64,000 nucleotides of DNA from an uncultured Pedosphaera sp. (lineage in GTDB: Bacteria; Verrucomicrobiota; Verrucomicrobiia; Limisphaerales; AAA164-E04): assembly GCA_965214825.1 (NCBI GenBank), contig OZ243981.1, positions 103,964-167,963 on the forward strand. The letters run 5' to 3'. Below, piece after piece: positions 33,299 to 44,000 of the stretch. The notes under the pieces were generated by a model, which was given only the letters and a program-made list of their open reading frames with translations, was not told where the DNA came from and did not search any database. The translations under genes and the position numbers were made by a program. How positions within the stretch are numbered: the first letter of the stretch is position 1; every line of letters starts with the position of its first letter.

Positions 33299-33339
33299 AG
33301 CCAAAGAAACCCGCCGGGTGGAGGGCCGAACGCCTCGGC

Positions 33340-34713
33340 TCAGGGCTGCAACTGCTTTCCCAGATAGAACACCGCCCTGCGCACATTGGGGTCTGTGTCC
33401 ATCCGGTCTTGCACCAGACGGCAAGCGTGCAACACCGTGCCATGCCCGCGCCCGCCGAAGGATTCGCCAATATCGCTAAACGACTTCTCCGTCAGCCTGC
33501 GGGAAAGAAACATCGCGACCTGGCGCGGGAAGGCGATATTTTCCGGCCGGCGGCGGTTCGACATATCCGCCAAGCGGATGTCGTAATAGCCGGCCACTTG
33601 CTTTTGGATTTGCTCGATCGTTACTGTCGACCGGTCTTCTTCCTGAAAGACATCCCGCAGCAAATCCTCGACGCCTTCGGAGGAAAGCTCCCGGTTGCTG
33701 AGCCGAATGTAAGAGACGACGCGGATCAAGGCGCCTTCCAGCCGGCGGATGTTGGCGCGAATGCGCTGCGCCAGCAACTCCAGAATCTTGTCGGGTAGCT
33801 CAGCACCTAGCGACTTCGCCTTCTTGCGGAGGATGGCCAAGCGGGTTTCGGCATCGGGCGGCTGGAGGTCGGCAGACATGCCCCATTCAAAGCGCGAGCT
33901 GAGGCGCTGCTCCAGTCCGATGATTTCGCAAGCCGGAGAGTCGCAAGTGATGACAATCTGTTTGTGGGCATCATGCAGGGCATTGAAGGTGTGGAAAAAC
34001 TCCTCCTGAATGCGCTCTTTTCCCGACAGGAATTGGACGTCGTCCAGCAACAGGATGTCCGTTTGGCGATATTTTTTTCGAAAGCGCATGAGCTGGTTGT
34101 TTTTCAGCCCGTCGATGAACTCGTTGGTGAACTTTTCGCAGGAAAGATAAGCGACTTTCAACGGCCACCGGTCTTCGGAAATATAATGGCCGATGGCGTG
34201 AAGAAGATGGGTTTTGCCCAGCCCGACGCCGCCGTAGATGAACACCGGGTTGTAGGCCTTTCCCGGCGTTTGGGCGGCAGCAATCGCCGCACCGTGAGCC
34301 ATTTTGTTGTTCTCCGAGACGACAAGAGTTTCAAAGGTGTAATTGGGATTGAAAAGCGCGGCGAACTGGCCGGGCGCTTTTTGCGCAAAGGCCCCGGTGC
34401 CGTTTGTTTGAACCAGCGGCTCTGTCTTCTTCTGTTCGGCTCGCTCCGAACAGGAAGCCGGCGTCACCATAAATTCAATGGTCAATGGCCGCTTGGCACA
34501 CTGCGAAATGATGTCCAGGAGCGGTTCCGAATAATTGTCACGAATCCACATCTCGCAGAAGACATCCCTCACCGCCAGGACGAGCTTCCCATGCTTCATC
34601 TCGACCGGGCGAATCGGCGCGAACCACATACCGTAAATCTTCTCGGCAAGCCGTGATTTCAATGCCTTTTTGACGGAAATCCATAAATCCTCTGCTTCAG
34701 ACTGCGCCTCCAT
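33340..34713 (-). CDS. dnaA: Chromosomal replication initiator DnaA
   Basis: NPNYTF, YNPVFIYGGVGLGKTHL, QEEFFHTFN, RLSSRFEWG, domain IV PRQVAM. Confidence 0.97.
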   Translation of the reverse strand: MEAQSEAEDLWISVKKALKSRLAEKIYGMWFAPIRPVEMKHGKLVLAVRDVFCEMWIRDNYSEPLLDIISQCAKRPLTIEFMVTPASCSERAEQKKTEPLVQTNGTGAFAQKAPGQFAALFNPNYTFETLVVSENNKMAHGAAIAAAQTPGKAYNPVFIYGGVGLGKTHLLHAIGHYISEDRWPLKVAYLSCEKFTNEFIDGLKNNQLMRFRKKYRQTDILLLDDVQFLSGKERIQEEFFHTFNALHDAHKQIVITCDSPACEIIGLEQRLSSRFEWGMSADLQPPDAETRLAILRKKAKSLGAELPDKILELLAQRIRANIRRLEGALIRVVSYIRLSNRELSSEGVEDLLRDVFQEEDRSTVTIEQIQKQVAGYYDIRLADMSNRRRPENIAFPRQVAMFLSRRLTEKSFSDIGESFGGRGHGTVLHACRLVQDRMDTDPNVRRAVFYLGKQLQP

Positions 34714-35037
34714 TATTCAACCTGTTCCTTCGCTAAACCCAAATTTATTTACCTCGCCCCTTCACCAATTGGTAACATTCGCATTATCAATAACTTGGGC
34801 GGAAACCCGCCATTCCGCCTCCGCTTCTTTCGTCAGCCCCGCACTGCGGCGTTTGCCCAACATAATATACACAAGTCTTTGAAAATGAACAACTTACAAA
34901 TTAAAAACCGCGCACTTAGCCAATCTCGAAAATAATCGAAACCTCTGAAAAAGAGGATAGCCTCAAGCTAATTGCGGATGGTTTTAAGGGATTTTTGGCC
35001 GGCTGGCGAGAAGAACTTGTAAAGAGTTGTTGAGAGG

Positions 35038-35046
35038 TTATTCACA
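35038..35046 (+). promoter_or_regulatory. DnaA box in the AT-rich region upstream of dnaA
   Basis: TTATTCACA matches TTWTNCACA; a one-mismatch box ATATACACA lies at 34865-34873. Confidence 0.5.
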
Positions 35047-35140
35047 ATCTCAAAAAATCCCGAAATGAAGGCAAAAACGCGCATTGACGCCTGAAAAAGG
35101 CAATGTGCCACAAAAAGCGGGTTCTTTCAAGCCGGGCTTG

Positions 35141-35260
35141 CGCAATAAGCATTTATAGGCTTAGCGGGAGTGGCGCAGGCTTTCAGCCTGGGGGCAGACA
35201 AGAATGTCGGCCCGACCTTTATGCTGGACAAGGTGAAAAAGCCAGTAACTGCTTATTGCG
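35141..35260. mobile_element. MITE-like element, copy 2, with 8-bp target-site duplication
   Basis: TIRs CGCAATAAGCATTTATAGGCTT / AAGCCAGTAACTGCTTATTGCG; CGGGCTTG on both flanks (35133-35140, 35261-35268); internal palindrome CAGGCTTTCAGCCTG. Confidence 0.8.
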
Positions 35261-35272
35261 CGGGCTTGCCGC

Positions 35273-36700
35273 CTAAACCCTCGCCACCATTGCATCCCGG
35301 CCGCTGAAACCGATGATTTTCACCTCAGTCCCCGATTCAATCATCTCCCCTTGGGCGACCACATCCAACACTTCCTCGCCAAAGCGAGCCTTGCCCCCGG
35401 GACGCAGCGGAGACAGAACAACGCCCTGCAGTCCCAACCGGGCATCCTTCTCGGACACCGTCCGGCCTTCCGTCCGCATCCCGCTGGCCGTCTGCGAAAC
35501 CATCTGCCGATAGATGCCGGTCTTCGGGAAGTATTTTCCGGAAAACGCGGCCACAGCGGCGACGCCGAGAAGTGCCAGAAAAAGCGTTTGCATCGAGTTC
35601 TCGAACTGGTCGAGCGTCGGCAAGGTATAGGTGGGGAGCGTCGGATCCCAATCCACAAAAGCCATGATGATCGCTCCAATCATCAGCACTCCTCCCACCA
35701 AGCCGGCAATGAGGGTCCCCGGAATCAGCAAGATTTCAATTACCAGCAGCAGCAAGCCAAGGAGAAATAGCGCGCCCCACCCAATGCTGGAAAGCCCCGC
35801 AATGTAGCCTCCCAGAAAATAGAGCGCAAACGCCGACAGGCCGACGATTCCCGGCAGGCCGAAGCCCGGAGTCTTGAATTCGAGATAAAGGCCGAGAATG
35901 CCGATCATCAGAAGGATCGGGCCGATTTTGTTGAGCCAAGTGCCCAACTGCTCTGAGCCGGTGGGTTCGATCTGAACGATTTTGGCGTTTTCGAGCCCGA
36001 TTGCCGCCAGCAGCTCCCCTTTCAGCGTTTCCACCGTTCCCGCTGAAAGCAGCGGTTTCTCTTGCGGGCCGTAACGCCTTTCGGCCTCTGTGTTGGTCAA
36101 CGTTAGGATTTGCCCTTTCTCGCAGAGTATTTCTCCGTCCATTTTCAATTCTTTCGACTTGTCGATCATGGCTTCGACAACGGCGGCATTGTGGCCGTAG
36201 CGCTCGGCGTTAGCTCGAACCAGAGCGCTCAAGGCCGAAGTCATTTTGACTTCCATTGTACTGGGCATGGTTTCCCCCATGCCGCCGGGAGCCATGAGGA
36301 TGGGGGCCGCCGCGCCGATCACGCTGCCGGGAGCCATGTAAATCTCTTCGGTCGCTACGGAGATGAAGGCGCCGGCGGAGAAGGCTTTTTTGTTGACATA
36401 TGTTACCTTTTTGCCTTTGAAGCGTTCGAGGATTTGGATGAGTTCTTCGGTTGTGTTGACGCTTCCGCCGTTGGTTTCCATGTCGAGGATGACGGCATCG
36501 GCTTTCTGAGCGATCGCGTCCTTGATGCCGCGGCGAACTACATACAAGACCGGGGGCATGATGTCGTCGCGAATGGAAATCACATAAACGACTTTTGCCG
36601 CCACGCCTACAGGGGGCTCCGAATCTTTCTCCGGTTCCGCTCCCGCGCCGGCGGCAGGGCACAACAGACAAAGCAACAAGACAGGCCACAGTTTCTTCAT
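35273..36700 (-). CDS. NfeD family membrane-bound ClpP-class protease
   Basis: ILDMETNGG, AFSAGAFI, IGAAAPI, TM region with EFKTPGFG, C-terminal LRPGGKA OB domain. Confidence 0.9.
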   Translation of the reverse strand: MKKLWPVLLLCLLCPAAGAGAEPEKDSEPPVGVAAKVVYVISIRDDIMPPVLYVVRRGIKDAIAQKADAVILDMETNGGSVNTTEELIQILERFKGKKVTYVNKKAFSAGAFISVATEEIYMAPGSVIGAAAPILMAPGGMGETMPSTMEVKMTSALSALVRANAERYGHNAAVVEAMIDKSKELKMDGEILCEKGQILTLTNTEAERRYGPQEKPLLSAGTVETLKGELLAAIGLENAKIVQIEPTGSEQLGTWLNKIGPILLMIGILGLYLEFKTPGFGLPGIVGLSAFALYFLGGYIAGLSSIGWGALFLLGLLLLVIEILLIPGTLIAGLVGGVLMIGAIIMAFVDWDPTLPTYTLPTLDQFENSMQTLFLALLGVAAVAAFSGKYFPKTGIYRQMVSQTASGMRTEGRTVSEKDARLGLQGVVLSPLRPGGKARFGEEVLDVVAQGEMIESGTEVKIIGFSGRDAMVARV

Positions 36701-36743
36701 GGCGTTAATCTAGCCCCTTGGCCAAGCCACCGCAAGCGCAAGG

Positions 36744-38378
36744 TCAACCCGGATTCTGCCGGGGAATGCTTGTCGAGTCGATGCCGCAGCGTGCCAGCAT
36801 CTCTCGGATGTCTGCCGTGTGGCTTTCCAGTTTGTGCGCTGATTGGAAGAGCGCGTCCAGCCGGACGGGATGCCAATTTACGGCTTCCGGGTTGCTGATG
36901 CCGATGACGTCGAACGGTTCGATGGTTTGGCGAATGTCTGCCGCAAGCCGGCTCTGTTGTTCGGGAAGCAGCGACCCGTTAGCCAGCTGATCGCGGATTC
37001 GCTCCAGGCAGCGATCCAGCCGGTCTCGAAAAGAAAGATGGCTCCCCAACAAGAAACCGTTGTCGCCGGGAACTCGTCGCAGCCGGCGGTTGGCCTCTTC
37101 AAAACTGACGGCGGCAAAATACAGACCAGCCACCGCGTTGAACAGTTTCGGACATCCCATCGCTTGGTAAGCCGCTCCCACCAAACGGCCGACACGGCAA
37201 GCCTCATCCCTCGTCGTCTGCGCATATTGCTCCAGACACGCCGGCCATTCGGGCATCTCGAAAAATCGGCCGATCATCCCGGCCAGCCGAACAATGCCCA
37301 ACAAATTCAAAGGAAAACCGGTCGAGAACAGCGGATCAACAGCTGCCGCAGCCGACGGCAAAAGCGCCCAACGCCGCGAATGGAAAGCACTCGAAAGGAA
37401 TGAAACGCGCCGTTGATGGAAAAACGGCACCACAGCGGCGGCATCGGCAAAAGCCCGCTGCAAAGAGGGAAACCGGGAAAGAATAGCCGGCCACGCCAAC
37501 GCCTTCTTCGCAAAGCCCCCGCCGCCCGCAAGATTCTCTAAATCTAACCGCGCTGCCCAATCATCCGTCGCCGCCACGCCGGCACTCGTGAGGCCGTTGT
37601 TAAAAGCCAGCACCCAAAACCAGCCGCCGGGGAACAGATGATGCACTGCCGCATCGTCAATAGGATACGGAGGCGTTCCCTCCAATTGAAACGCCTCCAG
37701 CTCTTCACAGCGCCGAACATTCCTGAAATGGGCAAACAGCCCTTGCGTTGGCGGCATCCCATCCACCGCTTGTTCGCGCAGGTTGAAGAGCCGAAAGAGT
37801 GCTCCGCGAGGACCGGAGGCATCGATCACAAAGCGGGCTTGCAGACAAAGCATTCCGGCCGGACGCTGCACCCACAGTTTCAGGCACTCGGCCTCTTCCT
37901 CAACGGCGACAATCCGGCTCTCCTCAAAGTATTCGACGCCGATTTCCACCGCCTTGCGGGCGAGAAAGGCATCGAAATCCGGCCGATACCAATGCGTGTC
38001 GGCCAAGGCGGCGCAGGGACTGGCAGCGACCAGGAGTTCGTTGCGATGATCCCGAAACCGCCGGAAACATTCCCCCTCGCGATGGTGAAAGAAGGTGAAG
38101 CCCCGCTTCAACCCGCAGGTGATGTTCGGATGCTTCTCTTGCCAGACGCCCCATTTGGCAAACTCGGCAAGAAACGTCAAGTCAAATTGCTCCCCAATCG
38201 CTTCCAGCAAAAGATTCGCCAGCGGCGTGGAAGATTCTCCAATGGCAAACCGGGGATGCCTTCCCCGCTCCAGCAGAACGACTGAACGCCCCAGCCGCCG
38301 GCAGACCATCGCCATAATGCTCCCGCCGAAGCCCGACCCAACCACAACAATATCCGCCGCGCGGCGTTCAACTTCCAT
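36744..38378 (-). CDS. Flavin-dependent halogenase
   Basis: VVGSGFGG FAD motif, RFAIGESS, CGLKRG (candidate catalytic Lys), GWFWVL (WxWxI-like), DPLFSTG. Confidence 0.8.
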   Translation of the reverse strand: MEVERRAADIVVVGSGFGGSIMAMVCRRLGRSVVLLERGRHPRFAIGESSTPLANLLLEAIGEQFDLTFLAEFAKWGVWQEKHPNITCGLKRGFTFFHHREGECFRRFRDHRNELLVAASPCAALADTHWYRPDFDAFLARKAVEIGVEYFEESRIVAVEEEAECLKLWVQRPAGMLCLQARFVIDASGPRGALFRLFNLREQAVDGMPPTQGLFAHFRNVRRCEELEAFQLEGTPPYPIDDAAVHHLFPGGWFWVLAFNNGLTSAGVAATDDWAARLDLENLAGGGGFAKKALAWPAILSRFPSLQRAFADAAAVVPFFHQRRVSFLSSAFHSRRWALLPSAAAAVDPLFSTGFPLNLLGIVRLAGMIGRFFEMPEWPACLEQYAQTTRDEACRVGRLVGAAYQAMGCPKLFNAVAGLYFAAVSFEEANRRLRRVPGDNGFLLGSHLSFRDRLDRCLERIRDQLANGSLLPEQQSRLAADIRQTIEPFDVIGISNPEAVNWHPVRLDALFQSAHKLESHTADIREMLARCGIDSTSIPRQNPG

Positions 38379-39342
38379 CGCATTGAGCGCAGCGGATTCG
38401 CGCCGGGAGTGCTTGTCGATCGTTTATATCTTGCAACCGCCGCCGCCGCGCGGCAAAGCAACAGGGACAGGAACGAAACTGTTCTAAATCCCAAAGATCA
38501 GCAAAGACCCGCGCCCGGCCCAACCGGATGCCAACCTCCAACGCGCTTTCCAACTGCTCAAGCTGAGTGCGCTGATAAGCCCCATCCGCAATCAACGCAT
38601 CAACCGCGCCATTGCCCGGCCGAGTGGGGATCAAGCCAATGACATCCGCCCCGGCCTCCGCCGCCGCCCGGATGGACTTTTCTAACCATTCGGCTTGTTC
38701 CGCCAGAGGAACAAACGGCGCGTTCACCAGAAGAAACACCCGTATCGCCACCCCTTCCTCCCGAAGCCACGCGCACGCCTTCAAAAAACCTTCGACGCCA
38801 AATCCCTTATTCAACCGCTCCAAAGCAACCGGATGAACCGTTTCCAAGCCAACGGCCACCTCAAGCTCCGCGTCCAACAAATCCCGAAACCGCCGGCACC
38901 GATCGCCGATTATCAACGGATGGCACTCCACAACCACCCGCCGGAATCCTGCCAGCAACTGCGCAATCTCGTGGTAATCTTCGACCGGAATCGCCCGCGG
39001 ATCAAAAAAACTGCCGTTGTTGTAAAGTTTGACCTGCCACGTCGAGCGCTCGCTTGCTGAACAAGGCGCCCCCATTTGCTCGAAAGCAAATGTAATCTGC
39101 CGGGGAATTCTTCCTGGCGCCGGCGAAACCTCCAGCGTGTTCTTCCACAAATCGCACATGAAGCACTTCCAGGGACACTCGCGATTGGTTAGAAATACAG
39201 TGAGAACATCCACCGCTGAGCCGTCCGCCGCCAACTCCCGCTCTTTCAAAAAGGCGTAAGGCAGTGCTGGATTCAAGACATTGCGAGGGCCACGCCGCGA
39301 AACAACCCAGTGATTCCGTTCTTTGGTCGATCGAGGATACAT
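38368..39342 (-). CDS. Radical SAM protein (Elp3/TIGR01210-like)
   Basis: CPWKCFMC cluster motif, KLYNNGSFFD, VGLET; overlaps the halogenase start. Confidence 0.85.
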   Translation of the reverse strand: MYPRSTKERNHWVVSRRGPRNVLNPALPYAFLKERELAADGSAVDVLTVFLTNRECPWKCFMCDLWKNTLEVSPAPGRIPRQITFAFEQMGAPCSASERSTWQVKLYNNGSFFDPRAIPVEDYHEIAQLLAGFRRVVVECHPLIIGDRCRRFRDLLDAELEVAVGLETVHPVALERLNKGFGVEGFLKACAWLREEGVAIRVFLLVNAPFVPLAEQAEWLEKSIRAAAEAGADVIGLIPTRPGNGAVDALIADGAYQRTQLEQLESALEVGIRLGRARVFADLWDLEQFRSCPCCFAARRRRLQDINDRQALPARIRCAQCDGS

Positions 39343-39395
39343 CTCAACCCGCCAATGGCCGGTGCGGCAGCGCCGCTTCCTAGGCAAGGCCCCCT

Positions 39396-39884
39396 TCACC
39401 CCGCTGATAAAGCAGCCAAAGCCTCGCCCGAAACCCGGCAGATTCGCCACTCCTTCAGAACTTCCGCCCCCATTTTCTCGTAGAAGCGGATTGCCGGCCG
39501 GTTCCAATCCAAGACAGCCCACTCAAACCGCCCGCATTCGTTCCGAACCGCAACCCCGGCCAGGTAGCGGAGCATCCGTTCGCCATAGCCCCGCCCTCGG
39601 AACGCCTCCTTCACGAACAAGTCTTCAAGATACAAACCTCGCCGCGCCAGAAAGGTCGAATAGTTGAAAAAGTAGATCGCCATTCCAACTGGCTCCCCGT
39701 CGCACTCCGCCAACACAGCATATGCCTGCGGCTCTTCGCCGAAGAGCGATTCTCGCATTCGTTCCGGAGTCGCCGCCACTGCGTCAGACATCTCCTCGTA
39801 AGCCGCAAGCGCCCGCACCATCTCCAGAACTACGGGGATATCCTCCTCCGAAGCCGGGTGAATGTTCAAGGCCAAGGCGTTCAC
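39396..39884 (-). CDS. GNAT N-acetyltransferase (SSAT-like)
   Basis: NYSTF..GLYLEDLFV..RGRGYG and VLDWNRPAIRFY motifs; start approximate. Confidence 0.9.
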   Translation of the reverse strand: MNALALNIHPASEEDIPVVLEMVRALAAYEEMSDAVAATPERMRESLFGEEPQAYAVLAECDGEPVGMAIYFFNYSTFLARRGLYLEDLFVKEAFRGRGYGERMLRYLAGVAVRNECGRFEWAVLDWNRPAIRFYEKMGAEVLKEWRICRVSGEALAALSAG

Positions 39885-39931
39885 GGCAGTCGCCAAAAGC
39901 GTGATCTCATTGCCCGCGTCAGCGTCGAATC

Positions 39932-40567
39932 CTATTTGTTCGGTTGCGGCGTGTAGCGAAGATAAGGCTTGACGGCACGGTGTCCCTTGGGGAAGAGAGC
40001 CGGAATTTGCTCGTCCGCCACCGCTGGCACAATAATGCAATCCTCGCCGTCCTGCCAATTCGCCGGCGTTGCCACCTTGTGGTTGGCCGTCAACTGCAAA
40101 GAATCGACCGCCCGCAGGATTTCGTGAAAGTTTCTCCCTGTGGATGCCGGATAGGTGATTGTCAGTTTGATTTTTTTGTCGGGGCTGATAACGAAGACGC
40201 TTCGGACAGTTGTCTTGTCGTCGGCATTAGGGTGAATCATGTCGTAAAGCGTCGCCACTTTTTGATCCGGATCGGCAATGATGGGAAAGTTCATCGTGGT
40301 TTGCTGCGTCTCGTTGATGTCCTCAATCCAACCCCGATGCGATTCCAGTGGGTCCACGCTCACGGCAATCACCTTGACATTCCGTTTGGTGAACTCCTCT
40401 TTGCTTTTTGCCACCGCTCCCAACTCCGTTGTGCAGACCGGCGTAAAATCCGCCGGATGCGAAAACAAAATGCCCCACGAATCTCCCAACCATTCGTGAA
40501 AATCAATCGAACCTTCTGTAGTCTCCGCCGAGAAATTCGGCGCCTCGTCGCCAAGTCTCAAAGCCAT
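39932..40567 (-). CDS. 1-Cys peroxiredoxin (Prx6)
   Basis: FSHPADFTPVCTTE and YPASTGRNF motifs. Confidence 0.95.
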   Translation of the reverse strand: MALRLGDEAPNFSAETTEGSIDFHEWLGDSWGILFSHPADFTPVCTTELGAVAKSKEEFTKRNVKVIAVSVDPLESHRGWIEDINETQQTTMNFPIIADPDQKVATLYDMIHPNADDKTTVRSVFVISPDKKIKLTITYPASTGRNFHEILRAVDSLQLTANHKVATPANWQDGEDCIIVPAVADEQIPALFPKGHRAVKPYLRYTPQPNK

Positions 40568-40662
40568 TTTCTTTACTCCCTTGTGCAATTGTCAGTCTTT
40601 CCAAAGTTCAGCCAAACCGCTACTATGGTAACCTTGCCGCTTTCGATGCAACCCCTTTTTTG

Positions 40663-40837
40663 CGCAAAAAGCATTTATGGGCTTTGATGGTTTTGGAGGG
40701 CAATTTCGTTCGGGATATATAGATGGATAGGAGGCACAGGATTGGATTTTTTGTCAAGGCGGGTGCCGGTCAACCGGTCGAGTGCCTGCGCCACACGTGG
40801 TTGCGCCACCTTGTTAAGCCCGTAAATGCTTATCGCA
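40663..40837. mobile_element. MITE-like element, copy 3
   Basis: TIRs CGCAAAAAGCATTTATGGGCTT / AAGCCCGTAAATGCTTATCGCA; closely similar to 7337-7497 throughout. Confidence 0.75.
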
Positions 40838-41006
40838 CGGTTTTATGTTGCGGGTTTCTTTAACGGTTCAGCGGTATTTTGTCCACTGCCTTTTGCAGAA
40901 ATGTGGGGCAAAGTGTTGTGCAGGCTTTCAGCCTGCCAAAGGCAGACAGGAAGTCGGATGTCGGTTCCCTTCCGCCCTAACCACTCTCCGAGTGTCTGCG
41001 CCACCT

Positions 41007-44000
41007 TCACTCCGCCGGTTTCAGGCGGAAGAATTCCGCGCCTTTCCGCTCACGCGGAATCGACAATACGCCCTCCCGCGAAAAACGAGACGGCGCCACT
41101 GATTCCCACTCCCCACTCAAATCAGTCGTGCTTTGCAATGTCCCTTCACGCCAATGAATCTGCACCCCCCCGCCCGCAATCCGCACAATCTCCAAAGGGT
41201 TGTTGTTGTCGAGTGACAAGCGCCTGAAGTTCGTCGAGCTGGAATCCGGCAAGGTCAAGGTGCCTATCGTTGGCTCACAAAATGTCACCTCCGATTTCGG
41301 GAAACCTTGCAGGTTGAGACTCTCAATGTCCATGCCTTCGGGCACACACAAACTCTCCAAAGGATTGCCGTTGAGAACCAGCGAGCGCAAGCTCGTCAGG
41401 CCAGCGGGCAAGGCCAGGTTGGTCAGGGAATTGTTGCTGAGGTCTAGCGTTCTCAAGCTCGTCAAGTCCTCGGGCAAGGTCAGGGAGGTCAGTTGGTTGT
41501 CGTTGAGATACAGCACCCACAAGTTCGTTAAACCGTGAGGCAAGGTCAAAGAGGTCAGTTGATTGTCGTTAAAATACAGCCCTCTCGACTTGGCCAAGCC
41601 CTCCGGCAATGTCAGAGAGGGCAAGCGATTGTGATTGAGAAACAGCCACACCAAATTCGTCAAGCCATCGGGCAAAGTCAGGTGGGTCAAGTCATTGTTT
41701 CGGAGGTCTACAGACTTCGCGTTTGCATTCACCACCCGGTTAAAAGCACTGCCGTCGCTTGTCGTTCCGGTGATGAGGAGTGCTCCCTCAGTTATGGGCG
41801 GCTCTTCAGTTGTATGTGGTTTTTCGGTTGTCGGAGGTTCTTCGGTTGTGGGAGGCTCTTCAGTTGGCGGGGGCTCTTTAGTTGGCGGGGGTTCTTCGGT
41901 TGTGGGAGGCGGCGCAATCGTCTCTCCGTTCGCAGGATCGTAGAAGGTCACTGCTGATTTGGAATAGCCACGAAGCTCAAGACTTTCAATGTCCATGCCT
42001 TCGGGCGCCCGCACACTCTCCAAAGGATTGCCGAAGAGATACAGTCGTTGCAAGTTCGCCAAACCCTCCGGCAAGGTCAGGTTCGTCAGTTGATTATTAA
42101 AAAGATACAAGTGCTGCAAGTTCGTCAGACCCTCCGGCAAAGTTATGGAAGAGAGTTGATTGTCGAAGAGGTGCAGCCGCTGCAAGTTCTCCAGGCCAGC
42201 GGGCACGGTGAGGGAAGAGAGTTGAGTGTCGGAGAGAGACAGAGACTCCGTGCCGGCATCGACCTCCAAACGAAAAGCGTCGCCAGTGCTTGTCGTTCCG
42301 GTGAGGGTAATGAATGTCCCAGTCGTGGGCGGAAGATTGGTATTCGTTGTCGGGGGCTCTTCGGTTGTGGGGGGTTCTTCGGTTGTGGGCGGTTCTTCGG
42401 TTGTCGGTGGGATATTGGTATTGGTTGTCGGCGGGATGTTGGTATTGGTCGTCGGCGGGATATTGGTATTGGTTGTCGGGGGCTCTTCGGTTGTTGGGGG
42501 TTCTTCGGTTGTTGGGGGGATATTGGTATTGGTCGTCGGGGATTCCCCAGTTGTGGGATCGTAAAAGGTCACTGCTGATTTCGAAAAACCTTGAAGATCG
42601 AGATTTTCAAGGTTCATGCCATCAGGCACGCGCACACTCTCCAAAGGATTGCCGGAAAGATTCAGCGTTCTCAAGCTCGTCAGGCCATCGGGCAAGGCCA
42701 GATTGGTCAGGGAATTGTTGCTGAGGTCTAGCGTTCTCAAGCTCGTCAGGCCAGCGGGTAAGGCCAGATTGGTCAGGGAATTGTTGCTGAGGTCTAGCTC
42801 TCTCAAGCTCGTCAAGTCGCCGGGCAAGGTCAGGGAGGTCAGTTGGTTGTTGGAGAGATCCAGATAATTCAAGTTGGTCAAACCATCGGGCAGGGTGAAG
42901 GCGGTCAGTTGGTTGGCGTCGAGATACAGAACCTCCAAGTTGGTCAAGCCGGCAGGCAAGGTTACGGAAGCCAGATCAAAAAAGGAGTGGAGAGCCAGAT
43001 AGGTCTCGTTGGCGGCGACTTCTTGGCTGAAGGCACTGCCGTTGCTTGTCGTTCCGGTGATGAGGAGAGTTGGGAGCTCTGGTTCTGTCGGCTCTGTGGG
43101 AGGCGGCGTAATCGGCTCTTCGGGCGCGGGATCGTAAAAGGTCACTGCTGATTTCGAAAAACCTTGAAGATCGAGATTTTCAAGGTTCATGCCATCAGGC
43201 ACACGCAAACTCTCCAAAGGATTGCCGTCGAGCCACAGATTCTCCAAGCTGGTCATGCCGACGGGCAGGGTCAAGGTGGTCAGTTGGTTGTTGGAGAGAC
43301 GCAGCTCCGGCAAGCTCGCCATGCCGTCCGGCAGGGTCAAGGCGGTCAGGCGGTTGCTCCAGAGCTCCAGCAACTGCAAGCTGGTCGAGGTATTGGGCAG
43401 GGTCAAGGTGGTCAGTTGGTTGCTATGGAGACGCAGCTCCTTCAAGCTGGTCAAGTCATCGGGCAAGGTCAAGGTGGTCAGTTGGCGGTTGCGTTGGAGA
43501 TCCAGTCTCATCAAGCTGGTCAAGTCATCGGGCAAGGTCAAGGTGGTCAGTTGGTTACCGGAGAGAAGCAGCGTCTCCAAATTGGTCAAGCCATCGGGCA
43601 GGGTCAAGGTGGTCAGGCGGTTGTCACGGAGATCCAGAGATGTCTCCTTGGGATTGACTTGCCAGCTGAAGGCGCTGCCGTCGCTTTTAGTTCCGGTGAC
43701 GGTGAGAGTTCCCTCAGTTGGCGGAGGCTCTGATTCGATTGTCTCTCCGGTCGTTGGATCGTAGAAGGTCACTTCTGATTTCGGGAAGCCTTGAATAGGG
43801 AGAAATTCAATATCCATGCCCAGAGGCACACGCAAACTCTCCAAAGGATTGTTGGAAAGATTCAGCTCCTCCAAGCTGGTCAAGCCGACGGGCAAGGTCA
43901 AGGTGGTCAGTTGGTTGTTGTGGAGATGCAGCGTCTCCAAGCTGGTCAAGCCGACGGGCAAGGTCAAGGTGGTCAGTTGGTTGTCGTGGAGATACAGCCA

